From sequence record OQ717042.1: a stretch of 64,000 nucleotides of DNA; one strand, given 5' to 3'. The DNA comes from Acinetobacter phage EAb13. Of the stretch, positions 17,137 through 27,840 are shown one piece after another. The stretch's first letter is position 1; every line of letters starts with the position of its first letter. Both the position numbers and the translations under genes were made by a program. The notes below the pieces were generated by a model that searched no databases, was not told the DNA's origin, and was given only the letters and a program-made list of their open reading frames with translations.

Positions 17137-19716
17137 ATGTCATTTTCATATGATTGCCCTGTAGAGCGTATCTTGGTTGACCGCCATAATATTGCTGTCT
17201 GGGACCCATTCATCACAGAACACCTAAGTAAACCATCAAACTTTGTGGGCTTCGATATTGAAACATCACAACGTGATGCTCACGAAGGTATCAAAAAATT
17301 GATGAAGACTGACGATGAAGGTTACAGCAAGGGCAAGAAATTAATTTTTGACTTTAAGCGAACCAAAATTGTCGGGGCTTCATTTTATTTTGGGCACACT
17401 GCAGGGACTAAAGCTTTCTATGTGAACTTTGACCATGCTGACAAAGAGAACACAATCAATATTGGTTACCTACTCCGCTGGATGGATTTAGCCAAAGCCA
17501 ATAATGTCAACAACATTATCCACAACGTACAATATGAATATGCTGTTTTCCGTGGTTCATACAATTACGTGCTGCCACCAACGTTATGTTCTATGCAGCT
17601 ATGCGTAACAGCTTATGGTCCAGATGAATATAAGAAAGCTGATTTAGCCATGGCTGTGTCCAATGGTGTGAAGTCGCTTATTCCTGAGATCGAACGTGCT
17701 TTCACTAACTATGAACATGGCAACCTGACATTCCAACAACAGGAAGTGCTGGGCAAGTTCTGTGCAAAGTCTGGTGGTGCAGCCCATTCTTATGAAGGTA
17801 TCATTAAAGGTATCTCTTATGGCTACGGTTTAAAGAAGGCTGTTAAGACGTGGTTCGGTTACCAGATGGAGGAATTTAAGGACACTTTAGGTGATTCTGC
17901 AGACATGGAAAGCCTAACGGGTCAACAGGTTCTGGCATATGGTGCCGATGATGCTATCTGGGCATATCGTTTATTTTTCCGTGTATATTCTTACCTGCAG
18001 CAAATTAACCCAGATGTTATTGCAACATACCTTGGCACAGAAAATCCTATTACCCGTGTGTTTGCTGAAACCACCATTGGTGGTATGAAGGTAAACCATA
18101 AAGAGATTATCGCTAAGCGTGACGAAATGCGTCATTCTGTGGCCGAGAAATTGGTTGAGTTCAAGCAATTGCTACGCCAACACATGCCGACTGAACTACC
18201 GCCAATGCATGAAAAATTGGCTAAGTATGAGAAATGGTATAAGCCAGAATCGCACCAGAAGTATTTCAACTACATCTGGGATTGGTTAAATATGTCTGAC
18301 CAAGTGTCTGACTATGAGCTGTGCACACAGATTAAATGTGCCACGGGCAATGCATGGATTGAGGATGTGAAAGGGGTTGGGGCTAAGCCAAAAGCTGTGC
18401 TGTCAATTAACCATTACATGGCTCAACGCTACATCATGTTTACCATTTTTGATCTACCATGTTCTGCTGCAGGCGGTAAAATCAACAGCGACAAACTGGC
18501 ACGTGCAGAAATGGCTGAGAAGCTGGGTGGTCATCCCCTGTTAGATATCTATGAAAAATTAAGTTCTGCAGAACAGGCATTCAAGCTGTACATCACACCA
18601 TATTTATGTCTGGTGGACCCTGAAACTGGATTAATGCATCCACAGCTTTCGTCAATGTTGGCTACACGTCGTACCAGTTGTTCTAACCCGAATGGTCAAC
18701 AGTTGGCTAAACGTGGTGACTCTGTGTTTGTCCGTGGCTTTTTCCAAGCGGATGACCCAGACTCAGTGATTGTCTCAGCCGACTGGTCCGCTATTGAATT
18801 GGTTGGGGTAGCTGCAAACAGTCAGGACCCAGAGTTCTTGGCAGCTTATGGTCAACGACCACATAAAGATTTACATACGGCTGCAGCAATGGGTGTACTT
18901 GGATTAAGTGTTGATGAGTTCAAGGAATTACCGAACAAGAAAGATATGCGTACAGTCTTGGGTAAAGGCTCTAACTTTGAATACTGGTATTCTGGTTGGT
19001 TAATGAACACAGCTAAGAAAATGGGTTGGGACCTTGAACAGACTGCAGAAGCGGTACGTGGTTATACCAGCAAATTCCCTGTTGCCGAGAACTGGCGCTT
19101 AGCCTTGATTGAAGAATTGAAACGCAATGGCTTTGTTAAGATTGCCGATCATCATATTCGTACACGTTTTGAAGCTACCCAAGATTGGGCAGACATTATG
19201 TGGCAGGTATTTGATAGTTATGGCAGTTCGGCTATCTTGGACTTTGCACGTGAAGCCATTAAACGTATTCAACGTCGTGCTTGCAACCAAGGTGTGAACT
19301 TTGCCATTCAAGGTTTATGTGCTGCATTGGCTAAACAAACTATCTTACGTGTTATTGACCACGCTAAGAAAGAAAACTATGCTGCACGATTCATGTTATT
19401 AATTCACGATGAATTGTTATTCTCTGTGCCACGTAAAGAAGCTGCTAAGTTCTGTGACTTCTTATACAACGAAATGATTCAGGATTCACCGATGTTCCCT
19501 AACGTGAAGATCGACAGCTCTGTGGCCGTAGGTTATACCTTCCAGCCATTTGACAAAGTGAATGCACCATTTGGGCAGATTGAATTGCATGAAATGCAGA
19601 AAGGTGTACCAGTAATACCAGAGGACCGTTGGGAAGCTAAAGCAACAGCCGAAGAACGTGACTTGATCATTGATTATTTAACAATAGGTAGAGCATCGGG
19701 AGTAGCATATGCTTGA
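17137..19716 (+). CDS. DNA polymerase I-like (family A) with 3'-5' exonuclease domain
   Basis: Exo I FVGFDIETS; Pol motif A ADWSAIELVGVA; motif B RTVLGKGSNFEYWYSG; motif C LLIHDELLF; RBS AAAGGATAACCC. Confidence 0.9.
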   Translation: MSFSYDCPVERILVDRHNIAVWDPFITEHLSKPSNFVGFDIETSQRDAHEGIKKLMKTDDEGYSKGKKLIFDFKRTKIVGASFYFGHTAGTKAFYVNFDHADKENTINIGYLLRWMDLAKANNVNNIIHNVQYEYAVFRGSYNYVLPPTLCSMQLCVTAYGPDEYKKADLAMAVSNGVKSLIPEIERAFTNYEHGNLTFQQQEVLGKFCAKSGGAAHSYEGIIKGISYGYGLKKAVKTWFGYQMEEFKDTLGDSADMESLTGQQVLAYGADDAIWAYRLFFRVYSYLQQINPDVIATYLGTENPITRVFAETTIGGMKVNHKEIIAKRDEMRHSVAEKLVEFKQLLRQHMPTELPPMHEKLAKYEKWYKPESHQKYFNYIWDWLNMSDQVSDYELCTQIKCATGNAWIEDVKGVGAKPKAVLSINHYMAQRYIMFTIFDLPCSAAGGKINSDKLARAEMAEKLGGHPLLDIYEKLSSAEQAFKLYITPYLCLVDPETGLMHPQLSSMLATRRTSCSNPNGQQLAKRGDSVFVRGFFQADDPDSVIVSADWSAIELVGVAANSQDPEFLAAYGQRPHKDLHTAAAMGVLGLSVDEFKELPNKKDMRTVLGKGSNFEYWYSGWLMNTAKKMGWDLEQTAEAVRGYTSKFPVAENWRLALIEELKRNGFVKIADHHIRTRFEATQDWADIMWQVFDSYGSSAILDFAREAIKRIQRRACNQGVNFAIQGLCAALAKQTILRVIDHAKKENYAARFMLLIHDELLFSVPRKEAAKFCDFLYNEMIQDSPMFPNVKIDSSVAVGYTFQPFDKVNAPFGQIELHEMQKGVPVIPEDRWEAKATAEERDLIIDYLTIGRASGVAYA

Positions 19717-20440
19717 AGTAAATAAATTAGATAGTTTGGAAGTACCACAACCAGACAGTAGACAAGAACTTTCAATTCACCAGATGCAGTTTTATAAAAC
19801 TCAAGCAAAAGGTTACATTGATAAATCTAATGAACTTATGAAGGGTATAGCTACAGACTATATCCCTAAAGAAATCGAGATTGGTAAAATATATACGTGT
19901 ATCAAACACCCTACAGATATAGCATCTGTGTTCCCACACGCGCCTGCTATGTATGCTAAGTTATTGAAAGATAACAAATTATGTTTACATTATGCCAATG
20001 CTGATTTTGAAAATCGTGAGTGTAAAGTTATTAGTATATCCCTGTACCAGATCAGCCTTGAGTTAGGTTTGTTACGCTGGGAAATTACAGTAGAAAACCC
20101 AGAGCGTAAATTATTTACAGCTCTCTACGCAACCAAGATATCGCCAAGCCCATACCCTAAACTAACCATGGATGATGTTTTTATATTGTTAGCCATGAGT
20201 GGCCTAGAAGCAGGCAACATCGGTGATAATACTATTTATATTGCCAAAAACGTTAATGGTGCAGTATGTACTTTCGTAGGTAGTGTGCCTGCTGACTGGG
20301 TTGTTAAGGGTACTCCTGTCATTCCAGAAGGGGTTACTACTTGGGTGCAATTCATGAGCAACCCTAACAGCCACATGGTAAATCTTGACGATAAACTTTT
20401 TTCGTTAGATGAATGGCTCAGCTATTGCAATGCAACCTAA
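19709..20440 (+). CDS. hypothetical protein (243 aa)
   Basis: ORF overlapping the polymerase stop by 8 nt. Confidence 0.55.
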   Translation: MLEVNKLDSLEVPQPDSRQELSIHQMQFYKTQAKGYIDKSNELMKGIATDYIPKEIEIGKIYTCIKHPTDIASVFPHAPAMYAKLLKDNKLCLHYANADFENRECKVISISLYQISLELGLLRWEITVENPERKLFTALYATKISPSPYPKLTMDDVFILLAMSGLEAGNIGDNTIYIAKNVNGAVCTFVGSVPADWVVKGTPVIPEGVTTWVQFMSNPNSHMVNLDDKLFSLDEWLSYCNAT

Positions 20441-20534
20441 GACTCAGTAGTATTACTTAAAACTACTCTTTGGTTAAGCCCTTATCAGTTTATCTGGTAA
20501 GGGATTTTTACAGGTTAAATTTATTGAGATACAT

Positions 20535-20753
20535 ATGTCTGAAAAAACAGATGAGCTTGAATACCAAGCAATACAGCTTCATTTTAATGAAGCCATGCAT
20601 AAAGCACAGCAAGCTGGAAAGCACGACTTGAAGCCAAAAGGGACCTGCCATAACTGTGAAGAAACAGTTGAAGATGGTAAGCTTTTTTGCGACCAAGATT
20701 GCACCGAAGATTATGAAAAACGCAAGTTCGCACGGTCACAAAGGTTGTATTAA
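20535..20753 (+). CDS. small zinc-ribbon protein (C-x2-C-x11-C-x3-C)
   Basis: CHNCEETVEDGKLFCDQDC near the C-terminus. Confidence 0.5.
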   Translation: MSEKTDELEYQAIQLHFNEAMHKAQQAGKHDLKPKGTCHNCEETVEDGKLFCDQDCTEDYEKRKFARSQRLY

Positions 20754-20755
20754 GT

Positions 20756-21283
20756 ATGATTAAAAAACACGGGATTAAATCTAATTCTAGTGGGGAATCA
20801 GCTACCAAAGCCAGAAGCGTCAAGTCAAATGGTAAAGCTACGGAGAAAACCGTAGCTTATCTTTTGCGCCAAGCTTATGCGACACAGGTAGAAATTCTTC
20901 GCTTACCAGATAAGTATGATACTGGCCGACATGAAGATACACGACCTAGTGACTTCGTTGTCATATTAAATCCAAATGATCGTGGCCTAGTCGGTGTCTC
21001 AAACACTTTCTATGTTGAAGCCAAGGAAACTGGTGCTGACAAGAACACTTGGTCGTTACTGTCAACATTCCGAAATGGTCAGCTTCAAGCCATGATACGT
21101 GCAAATAAATTGAGCATTCCATACTTTGTAGTGTTTCATTATTTGCATAACAAAAAGATTTACTTGGTCCCAAGTACAGTTATTTTGGACCTTTACATGA
21201 ATGGTAAAAAATCCATCCCGAAAGATGTTATTGCTCAATATCCTTGGGAAGATGGACGACTTTACAACTACTTTAGAAAATAA
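20756..21283 (+). CDS. PD-(D/E)xK-family nuclease (possible Holliday-junction resolvase/VRR-NUC-like)
   Basis: PSDFVVIL ... FYVEAKE gives a D...E-x-K arrangement; 175 aa. Confidence 0.45.
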   Translation: MIKKHGIKSNSSGESATKARSVKSNGKATEKTVAYLLRQAYATQVEILRLPDKYDTGRHEDTRPSDFVVILNPNDRGLVGVSNTFYVEAKETGADKNTWSLLSTFRNGQLQAMIRANKLSIPYFVVFHYLHNKKIYLVPSTVILDLYMNGKKSIPKDVIAQYPWEDGRLYNYFRK

Positions 21284-21311
21284 TTTTTAACCGACTCTTG
21301 GAGAACTAACC

Positions 21312-21998
21312 ATGGCTAAGAAAGAAACTACACGCAAGCACGAACGCTACCACCATTTCATGGTTGACTGTGAAACTTTAGGGGTGCTTCCAAACACTCA
21401 CCCTGTATTGCAGATCGCAATCGTGGAATTTGACCCAGTTACATTCACGGCCACTGGTAAAGAACTAACCATGTTCTTACCATTGGTTGAACAGTTAAAA
21501 GCTGGTGCTAAGCCAGATCAAGGTACTGTGAAATGGTGGAGTGAACCTTCTAAGGCTAAGGTATTAGAGGAAGTAATGGCTGGCGTAAATGCTGCAGATA
21601 CCATGGAAAAAACACTATTAAAAATTTACCATTGGTTATCGGATGCTTGCACAATTGAAGGTAGCACCGAACTTGGTAAAACCATGTTCTGGGCAAAACC
21701 TGCAGCGTTTGACTTTCCATTCATTGATGGTTTGTTTGCAAAGTTTGGTGTACCTAGTCCATTCATGTACCGTAATGTGATTGATGTGCACAGCTTCATT
21801 ATTTCTAATTTTATCAATACACATCGTGCTACCCAGTATTATGAAATCGACTACTGGCAAGCTCAGCAAATGTATTGGGAAGCCATGAAAGATATTGAAG
21901 CCAATGAAGAAGATGCCCACAACGCGACGCACGACTGTCATTTCCAGATTGATTGGTTGCGTAACGCTGTATTAAACACTCAAAAATATTTCGATTAA
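21312..21998 (+). CDS. DEDDh 3'-5' exonuclease (DnaQ-like)
   Basis: Exo I FMVDCETLG, Exo III HNATHDCHF (H-x4-D); RBS GGAGAACTAACC. Confidence 0.65.
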   Translation: MAKKETTRKHERYHHFMVDCETLGVLPNTHPVLQIAIVEFDPVTFTATGKELTMFLPLVEQLKAGAKPDQGTVKWWSEPSKAKVLEEVMAGVNAADTMEKTLLKIYHWLSDACTIEGSTELGKTMFWAKPAAFDFPFIDGLFAKFGVPSPFMYRNVIDVHSFIISNFINTHRATQYYEIDYWQAQQMYWEAMKDIEANEEDAHNATHDCHFQIDWLRNAVLNTQKYFD

Positions 21999-22036
21999 TT
22001 ATTGACATGGCATATTGATTTATTCATTATGACTAA

Positions 22037-22063
22037 AGACTGACCGCAAGGTCAGTCTTTTTA
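22037..22063 (+). terminator. rho-independent terminator
   Basis: AGACTGACC-gcaa-GGTCAGTCT followed by TTTTTAT. Confidence 0.7.
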
Positions 22064-22087
22064 TCACCTAAATAAAAGGAAACAGGC

Positions 22088-22351
22088 ATGGGTCCATTTT
22101 TTACACCACCACCTTACGCTATCCCAATGGCTAAATTTACTATACGAGATCACTTCGCTGGTCTGGCAATGCAAGGTATGTTGGCTAGTATTGAAGATCA
22201 AACTCAATTAGACCGCTTACGCGACTGGGCAAGAAAGAACAACCAAACTCTTGCTGAATTTATAGCGTCAGACAGCTATAAACAAGCTGACGCTATGATT
22301 GCAGCACGAACTCAACCAGCGGCTTACGGCCCAGCAAAAGAGAGCAAATAA
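22088..22351 (+). CDS. hypothetical protein (87 aa)
   Basis: ATG with AAGGAAACAGGC RBS. Confidence 0.55.
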   Translation: MGPFFTPPPYAIPMAKFTIRDHFAGLAMQGMLASIEDQTQLDRLRDWARKNNQTLAEFIASDSYKQADAMIAARTQPAAYGPAKESK

Positions 22352-22352
22352 C

Positions 22353-22781
22353 ATGAATATATTCCCAACCGAAGCACAAGCTGAATTACCTGAATCACCA
22401 TACACACCAGTTCAGCAAGCATTCATGGAAGCTGTGGCTGCAGGTGTATTCCCACAAATTAATTATTATTTTTCCATTAATGATTACTTTAGTTTAAATA
22501 GCAGCGGTGATTTTGAAAACACTGATACTTATGTTGCTTTTAAAATTTTTGAAGCTGGCTACATCTACCGCAATACTCAAGATGAGCTTGTAAAAGCTAC
22601 ACTTGCAGATGAACAGTTTGAAGATGAAGTATTGGCTGCAGTATCTGGTCACGAACCTAGTAAGCCTTTGATTTCTAAGAAATTAAAAGATTTCATCATG
22701 ATTATGGCTGTGTTATTTATTGGTGCCGTGATTGGTTATTTTACAAACTTTGCTCACTTAAATAGCAAAATTCATTTCTGA
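22353..22781 (+). CDS. hypothetical protein with C-terminal TM helix
   Basis: ATG 22353, 1 nt after the upstream stop; C-terminal FIMIMAVLFIGAVIGYF. Confidence 0.5.
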   Translation: MNIFPTEAQAELPESPYTPVQQAFMEAVAAGVFPQINYYFSINDYFSLNSSGDFENTDTYVAFKIFEAGYIYRNTQDELVKATLADEQFEDEVLAAVSGHEPSKPLISKKLKDFIMIMAVLFIGAVIGYFTNFAHLNSKIHF

Positions 22782-22788
22782 GAAGCTT

Positions 22789-23877
22789 ATGCCACAGCCT
22801 AACAATAAACAACGTAACCCTTTTATCATTACCCCAATGGGTAATTGTTTACAGGGTATCGGTGACACCCACTTTGGCCGTGTATTCAAAAACGACGTTC
22901 GCTTAGAACGTCGTGGTGAATATGAAGCTATGCAATGGGCCAAAGCACAGCAGCTTTTAAATGCTAAACATGATCAAGTTGAAACAGTAAAGGTCCAAGC
23001 TGGCGATTGGTTTGATAAACCAACGGTTGCTTTGAGTGTGATTAAAAAATCAATTGACACTTTGGAAAATTATGCTGAGGACCCTCAGCAGGTTGAACCT
23101 TTATTCATTATTTCTGGCAACCATGATGATGCCAAAAATACATCAGATGTAACAGCTTGGGACCTATTAGCTGATACCATGAAAAACAGTGCCAAGAATA
23201 AACTTGGTAAAGTACGCTTTGTTAAGGACTACGAGGTACATACTTATGCGAATGGTGAACAAATCTTATTTATTGGTTGGAATATTGCCAATACTGCTTG
23301 TGATGCTTTACTTCGCGCTATTGAAGAAGGCCATAATGCTATAACCACTGTGGTCTGTCACTTAGATAAAATCAGCTATGGGAATGATGAAAATGTCATT
23401 CCCTATGAATTTTTCGCTCACCATGGAATCAAAATGGTTGTGAGTGGTCATGAACATAAACCTTATCATTTCTTTGACAACGGCATGGAAATTATCGGGA
23501 CTGGTTCATTACTACCATATAGCCATGCTGAGGACGACGGTGAAGAAATCTATGTGACCTTCCACTCCATTAATGAGTTTGAAGAATACTCTTTAGATAA
23601 CAACATTTGCGATAAACATGTTCGTCTGATTCTGGATGAAAATGATCAAGAGCGTTTAGACGAGCTGGCAAATGTTTATACCCTCAGCTTGAAGATTGTC
23701 AAGAAAGGTGTGGATGTAGAAGTTCTGGACATGGACAACGCAGGTGTAAACCAAGTTACCTTGCAAGCCTATGATGCTAAAAGTGTCTGGGAAAGTGCCG
23801 TGGCTGAGACTGGGTTAGAGCCAGTTACTGGTCAATTGGTATGGCATGAAATTCAAGCGAAAGGGGTAGAGGAATGA
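22789..23877 (+). CDS. sbcD: SbcD/Mre11-family nuclease
   Basis: Calcineurin-like phosphoesterase motifs GDTHFG, GDWFD, GNHDD, GHEH; followed by SbcC-like ATPase with ATGA overlap. Confidence 0.8.
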   Translation: MPQPNNKQRNPFIITPMGNCLQGIGDTHFGRVFKNDVRLERRGEYEAMQWAKAQQLLNAKHDQVETVKVQAGDWFDKPTVALSVIKKSIDTLENYAEDPQQVEPLFIISGNHDDAKNTSDVTAWDLLADTMKNSAKNKLGKVRFVKDYEVHTYANGEQILFIGWNIANTACDALLRAIEEGHNAITTVVCHLDKISYGNDENVIPYEFFAHHGIKMVVSGHEHKPYHFFDNGMEIIGTGSLLPYSHAEDDGEEIYVTFHSINEFEEYSLDNNICDKHVRLILDENDQERLDELANVYTLSLKIVKKGVDVEVLDMDNAGVNQVTLQAYDAKSVWESAVAETGLEPVTGQLVWHEIQAKGVEE

Positions 23878-26045
23878 TTCATACATTAACTATGAAAAAT
23901 TGGGCCAAACATCACGAACGGACCTTCTATTTTGAGGAAGGTCTGAACATGATTCGTGGTTTAAATGAGGGTGGAAAATCCCTCATTTTTGAAGCCATTG
24001 ATTATGCACTGCACGGTTCGGTGGCCCTTCGTCTGCCTGTGTCAATGTACCCGAATAACTTATCGTCAGAGCTGGAACTTACTATCCGTGGCAATCGCTA
24101 TCGTATTCAGCGTTCCCCTAAAATGGCGATACTCACAGACGTAGCCACGGACACGATACTTGCCAAAGGCACAAAGCCAGTTGATCAAGAGATTCGTAAA
24201 ATTCTTGGTTACAGCCGCAGTGTCTTTATGGTTTCTAATTACAGCTCTCAGGGTGCCATTCACCAGTTGTCGAACTTGAAACCTGCAGAACGTAAAAAAG
24301 TTATTGACAACGTGGTTGGCTTGACTGCTGTAGAGGAAGTTATTGCTGACCATAAGCTTGAACTGTCAGCTCTCAATAAAGTGCTTGCTGGTTATAAAGC
24401 ACGTATTCCTGAGACTGTACCAGTTAAGCCTGAGCGTGAACTACCAGATAATGTGTCGTCTCAGAAAATGTACCTTCGTGAAGAAATGACTCGCGTAAAT
24501 GGTTTCATTTCACGTCAGGAAAACATTAGTGTTACCCGTGCACGTTTATTGGCTAATAAACCAGAGCAGCTTCATTTTGATGAAGTGCGTTTGCAGAAAA
24601 TGTTAATCCCTGCAGGTGTTGACCGTGCTGCAGCAGCTTATCATGATGCTACTTTAGCCAGTAAGAAAGAAACACTGGCTAATCAACAGGCTCAAATTGA
24701 AAAGGAAAAGGCACCTGCTGTTTATCCTGAACCTAACCGTCAATATTTGGTGGAAGGTTTGACTGCTGAAATAGTGTTAAATTACAAACAGAAGCGTAAA
24801 AGTCTGACTGAAAAAATTGAGTCAGCAATGGAAGCTCGTAATGCTTTAGACACTAAAAAGCAAGGGATGAAATACTACCCTCAGTCAGAACTTGATGAAC
24901 TGTATGTGGCTGAAAGACTGTACAACGATTGGCTGAAAGTACAGGATTTAAAGTCTAAAGGGTCATTGACTTGTGATAATTGTGGTTCAGAAATTCATTT
25001 GATGAAAGACCATCTAGCGCATTATGAACATGTACCAGATCAGGTTACTAAACCACATGTTGAGTATCATGAAGCAGTTAGAGCCAATGAAGCTTACGAC
25101 AAAATCTCAAATGATTTTGCAGAAGCTTGCGAGAACGTTATAGGTTTAATGGCTGATCGTGATGAATTGGACTTGCAGTGGAACTATTCTGACTACCAGT
25201 TGGAAATGCACTTCCAAACTGTAAAAGCTCTCGAAGACTGGCAACGTAGCTTAAAAGAATATGAAGACTACAAATTCCGTGTAGGCTCATTAAAAGATAG
25301 CTGTGAAAAATTAAAAGCTGAAATCACCGAACTGGAAACCAACTGGTACGATGAAAAAACCTTGGCAGACAATTTCTATGCTATTGATGAGTTCGCCAAG
25401 CTGGAAAAACAAAATGCCAGTTTGCTTATATGGCAACAGAACTTTGACACCTTACCAGAATACGCTGGTGATGAAGCTGTAGCTTTAGCCAAGCAAGAGC
25501 TTAAAGAAATCAATGAAAAGGAAGATGAACTACTGGCCTTGGAATATGAGTGGGATATCTATAAGCGTGATAAAGCTGCTTATGATGATGTTTATTCTGA
25601 GTATGAAACGGCCAAGACTCAAGTAGATGCTGAAAAGGATGTGATTGATACATTGCAGCTTTATAAAGCCAAGATCAAATCAACCATTCTGCCTAGCGTA
25701 AATTCTGTGGCATCTTCATGGATTCAGCGCATGTCTCTTGGTAAACATGCGAGTGTGACCCTGACTGACGACATGGAAATTTTGGTGAACGATGAACCAA
25801 TTGAAGCACTTTCTATTTCGGGTCGTGCTTTGGGCCATTTAAGCTTACGCATGGCTTTGGGTCAGGTGTTGACGAATAGTATTTTCCCAGTGTTCATGGC
25901 TGACGAAGTGGATGATTCTATGCGTAATGAAAGAGCACAGGCTGTGCTTGACAGCTTGGTAAAAATGCTGGATGGCTCAGTGAAACAGATCATCATGATC
26001 TCACACCGAGAGCTGGAAAATATTCAAAATATTATTGAGGTGTAA
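23874..26045 (+). CDS. sbcC: SbcC/Rad50-family ATPase
   Basis: N-terminal Walker A GLNEGGKSLIF, long coiled-coil middle with a CxxC zinc hook (CDNCGSE), C-terminal signature/Walker B LSISGRALGHLS...VFMADEVDD. Confidence 0.8.
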   Translation: MIHTLTMKNWAKHHERTFYFEEGLNMIRGLNEGGKSLIFEAIDYALHGSVALRLPVSMYPNNLSSELELTIRGNRYRIQRSPKMAILTDVATDTILAKGTKPVDQEIRKILGYSRSVFMVSNYSSQGAIHQLSNLKPAERKKVIDNVVGLTAVEEVIADHKLELSALNKVLAGYKARIPETVPVKPERELPDNVSSQKMYLREEMTRVNGFISRQENISVTRARLLANKPEQLHFDEVRLQKMLIPAGVDRAAAAYHDATLASKKETLANQQAQIEKEKAPAVYPEPNRQYLVEGLTAEIVLNYKQKRKSLTEKIESAMEARNALDTKKQGMKYYPQSELDELYVAERLYNDWLKVQDLKSKGSLTCDNCGSEIHLMKDHLAHYEHVPDQVTKPHVEYHEAVRANEAYDKISNDFAEACENVIGLMADRDELDLQWNYSDYQLEMHFQTVKALEDWQRSLKEYEDYKFRVGSLKDSCEKLKAEITELETNWYDEKTLADNFYAIDEFAKLEKQNASLLIWQQNFDTLPEYAGDEAVALAKQELKEINEKEDELLALEYEWDIYKRDKAAYDDVYSEYETAKTQVDAEKDVIDTLQLYKAKIKSTILPSVNSVASSWIQRMSLGKHASVTLTDDMEILVNDEPIEALSISGRALGHLSLRMALGQVLTNSIFPVFMADEVDDSMRNERAQAVLDSLVKMLDGSVKQIIMISHRELENIQNIIEV

Positions 26046-26046
26046 T

Positions 26047-26313
26047 GTGGCTGTAGATGTTGAAAGACTACTGGCTGAGTTTGACGTTATTACACAGAAC
26101 ACAGCATCCAAAGATAGAGTCTTGTTTTTACTTTTAAAAGAAATTCAAGATGAGTTACCCAACACAGATGAAGGCTCAGAATGGTTTCATGCAGCTTTCA
26201 GAAAAATAGACGTATCTGGTAGTGGTTATCGTGATATGGCAATTTATATTTTACTTGGTGATACTTCCGCTTTTTGGGAACTTTACCACAGACTAGATGG
26301 AGAACAGGCATGA
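26047..26313 (+). CDS. hypothetical protein (~88 aa)
   Basis: GTG 26047 after GAGG and the sbcC stop; the track TTG 26035 start is inside sbcC. Confidence 0.4.
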   Translation: MAVDVERLLAEFDVITQNTASKDRVLFLLLKEIQDELPNTDEGSEWFHAAFRKIDVSGSGYRDMAIYILLGDTSAFWELYHRLDGEQA

Positions 26314-26594
26314 GCAAATCAGACCGCATTAGTTTATCAGAAATATTAGCTGAAATTGGTGACGACAATTATAAGTTGCAACCACTGAGCAATTGCATAA
26401 AAGGCTTTAAGCAAAATAAACGGGATACAACCATTGAGTTTTATACAGGACATGAAAATACTCCTGAACTTGTGGCTGGACCTACCTTAACAATTGACAC
26501 ACCTAAGATTGGTGTAATTCTTTGGATTGATCGTGAAGATTATGACAAAGCATACAAAGCACTTTTGGAAAAACAAAAAGGTAAAACTGAATGA
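26310..26594 (+). CDS. hypothetical protein (94 aa)
   Basis: ATG 26310 with GGAGAACAGGC RBS and ATGA overlap; the track start 26274 is less likely. Confidence 0.5.
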   Translation: MSKSDRISLSEILAEIGDDNYKLQPLSNCIKGFKQNKRDTTIEFYTGHENTPELVAGPTLTIDTPKIGVILWIDREDYDKAYKALLEKQKGKTE

Positions 26595-27031
26595 AAACAA
26601 TCCACGAACTGGTTAAAGACCAAGAGAAGTTATCTCTAAAAATTAAAGAGCATCAAAACGAAATTCGTCTGCTTCAACAAGGTATTGTAGATAGTTGTAA
26701 TGAAATTAAAGAACGTTTTGGACCAAAAGAGTTATTAGGTCATGTTTTTACCATTAAAGCTTATTCCAATGTGGCTACAGCCAATGAAGAAATACAAGCT
26801 TTTGAAGCTCTGAATGACCGTATCTTTATGGTTAAAAAATATGGTACTGGTTATAAGAAAATCATGGAAGGTCGCTTATGCAAAGTGATTGCCATTGACC
26901 TTATGAACATCATGGCTGATAAAAGAGAAATCCGCTGGATGATTACAGCTATACCAGCCAACGCCAACGGTCAATTTGGTAATTTAATTATTCGTACCAA
27001 CGTTATTGACAAAGTATCACTAAGTGATTAA
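26591..27031 (+). CDS. hypothetical protein (146 aa)
   Basis: ATGA overlap with the upstream gene. Confidence 0.55.
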   Translation: MKTIHELVKDQEKLSLKIKEHQNEIRLLQQGIVDSCNEIKERFGPKELLGHVFTIKAYSNVATANEEIQAFEALNDRIFMVKKYGTGYKKIMEGRLCKVIAIDLMNIMADKREIRWMITAIPANANGQFGNLIIRTNVIDKVSLSD

Positions 27032-27126
27032 TGTGTAATAGCTTACTCGACAAAGCGAACACTCCAACTTGATTGGGGTGTTTTCTTTAACCTAAAATTT
27101 TTTAACCTACCATTATGGTGAACTAA

Positions 27127-27840
27127 ATGACTGATCAACAAGCACTTCCAGCAAACGTACAAGAAAATTATCGTGAGCTTTCACACTTGGGTTTCGGGGC
27201 CATTTCTCGTTTAATCAATCTCCGTGCTGGCCGTACCCCTGCAACATCTGTAGAAGCTTCAACTGTTATCCAACAATTCAACCTCATTGAATCAGAATTA
27301 CTTGAAGGTAAACGTGCTGCTGCAGAAGGTAACGTTGAGCAAGTTCGTGATGCCATTGCTGATATTATTCTGTTAGCTGCTGGTCAAGAAGGCCACATCC
27401 AAGAATTAGATGTTGCCGAAGACTTTAAACGTATGTGTGCGTTTAACATGACTCGCATTCCTACATCACGTGATGAAGCTGCAGCTACTGTAGAGAAATA
27501 TGCAGCCATTGGTGTTGAAGCAGTTATGCTTGACCCTATCACTGTTGGTGGTACTGATTTATTCCCAGTAGTTACTGCAGATAAAGAGCAATGGGATACT
27601 CAGAAAAACGAACACTACCCACCACGGAAGTTCTTGAAATCAATAAATTTTGTTGATGTAACGTATGAGCCTTTGATGCTTACTGAAATCGTAGGCGGTG
27701 GTGTTGATGTAGAACACTTGGTAGGTACACAATTCACATCTAATCATTTGGACATGATCAAAACTGAACTTGAGCAAGAAAACTTGTTAAGTGAGGAAGT
27801 GGTTGAAGTTCTTGAACGTCTTGTAGGAAAACGCGCTTAA
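27127..27840 (+). CDS. MazG-like nucleoside triphosphate pyrophosphohydrolase (all-alpha NTP-PPase)
   Basis: IESELLEGKRAAAEGNVEQVRDAIADIILLAAG fits the MazG/HisE E-x2-E ... D-x3-D helix pair. Confidence 0.5.
   Translation: MTDQQALPANVQENYRELSHLGFGAISRLINLRAGRTPATSVEASTVIQQFNLIESELLEGKRAAAEGNVEQVRDAIADIILLAAGQEGHIQELDVAEDFKRMCAFNMTRIPTSRDEAAATVEKYAAIGVEAVMLDPITVGGTDLFPVVTADKEQWDTQKNEHYPPRKFLKSINFVDVTYEPLMLTEIVGGGVDVEHLVGTQFTSNHLDMIKTELEQENLLSEEVVEVLERLVGKRA

Noticed and set aside
22005-22033. TTGACA-17-CATTAT promoter-like sequence just upstream of the terminator at 22037
   Set aside because: It would fire directly into a terminator hairpin. This is probably a chance match in AT-rich DNA.
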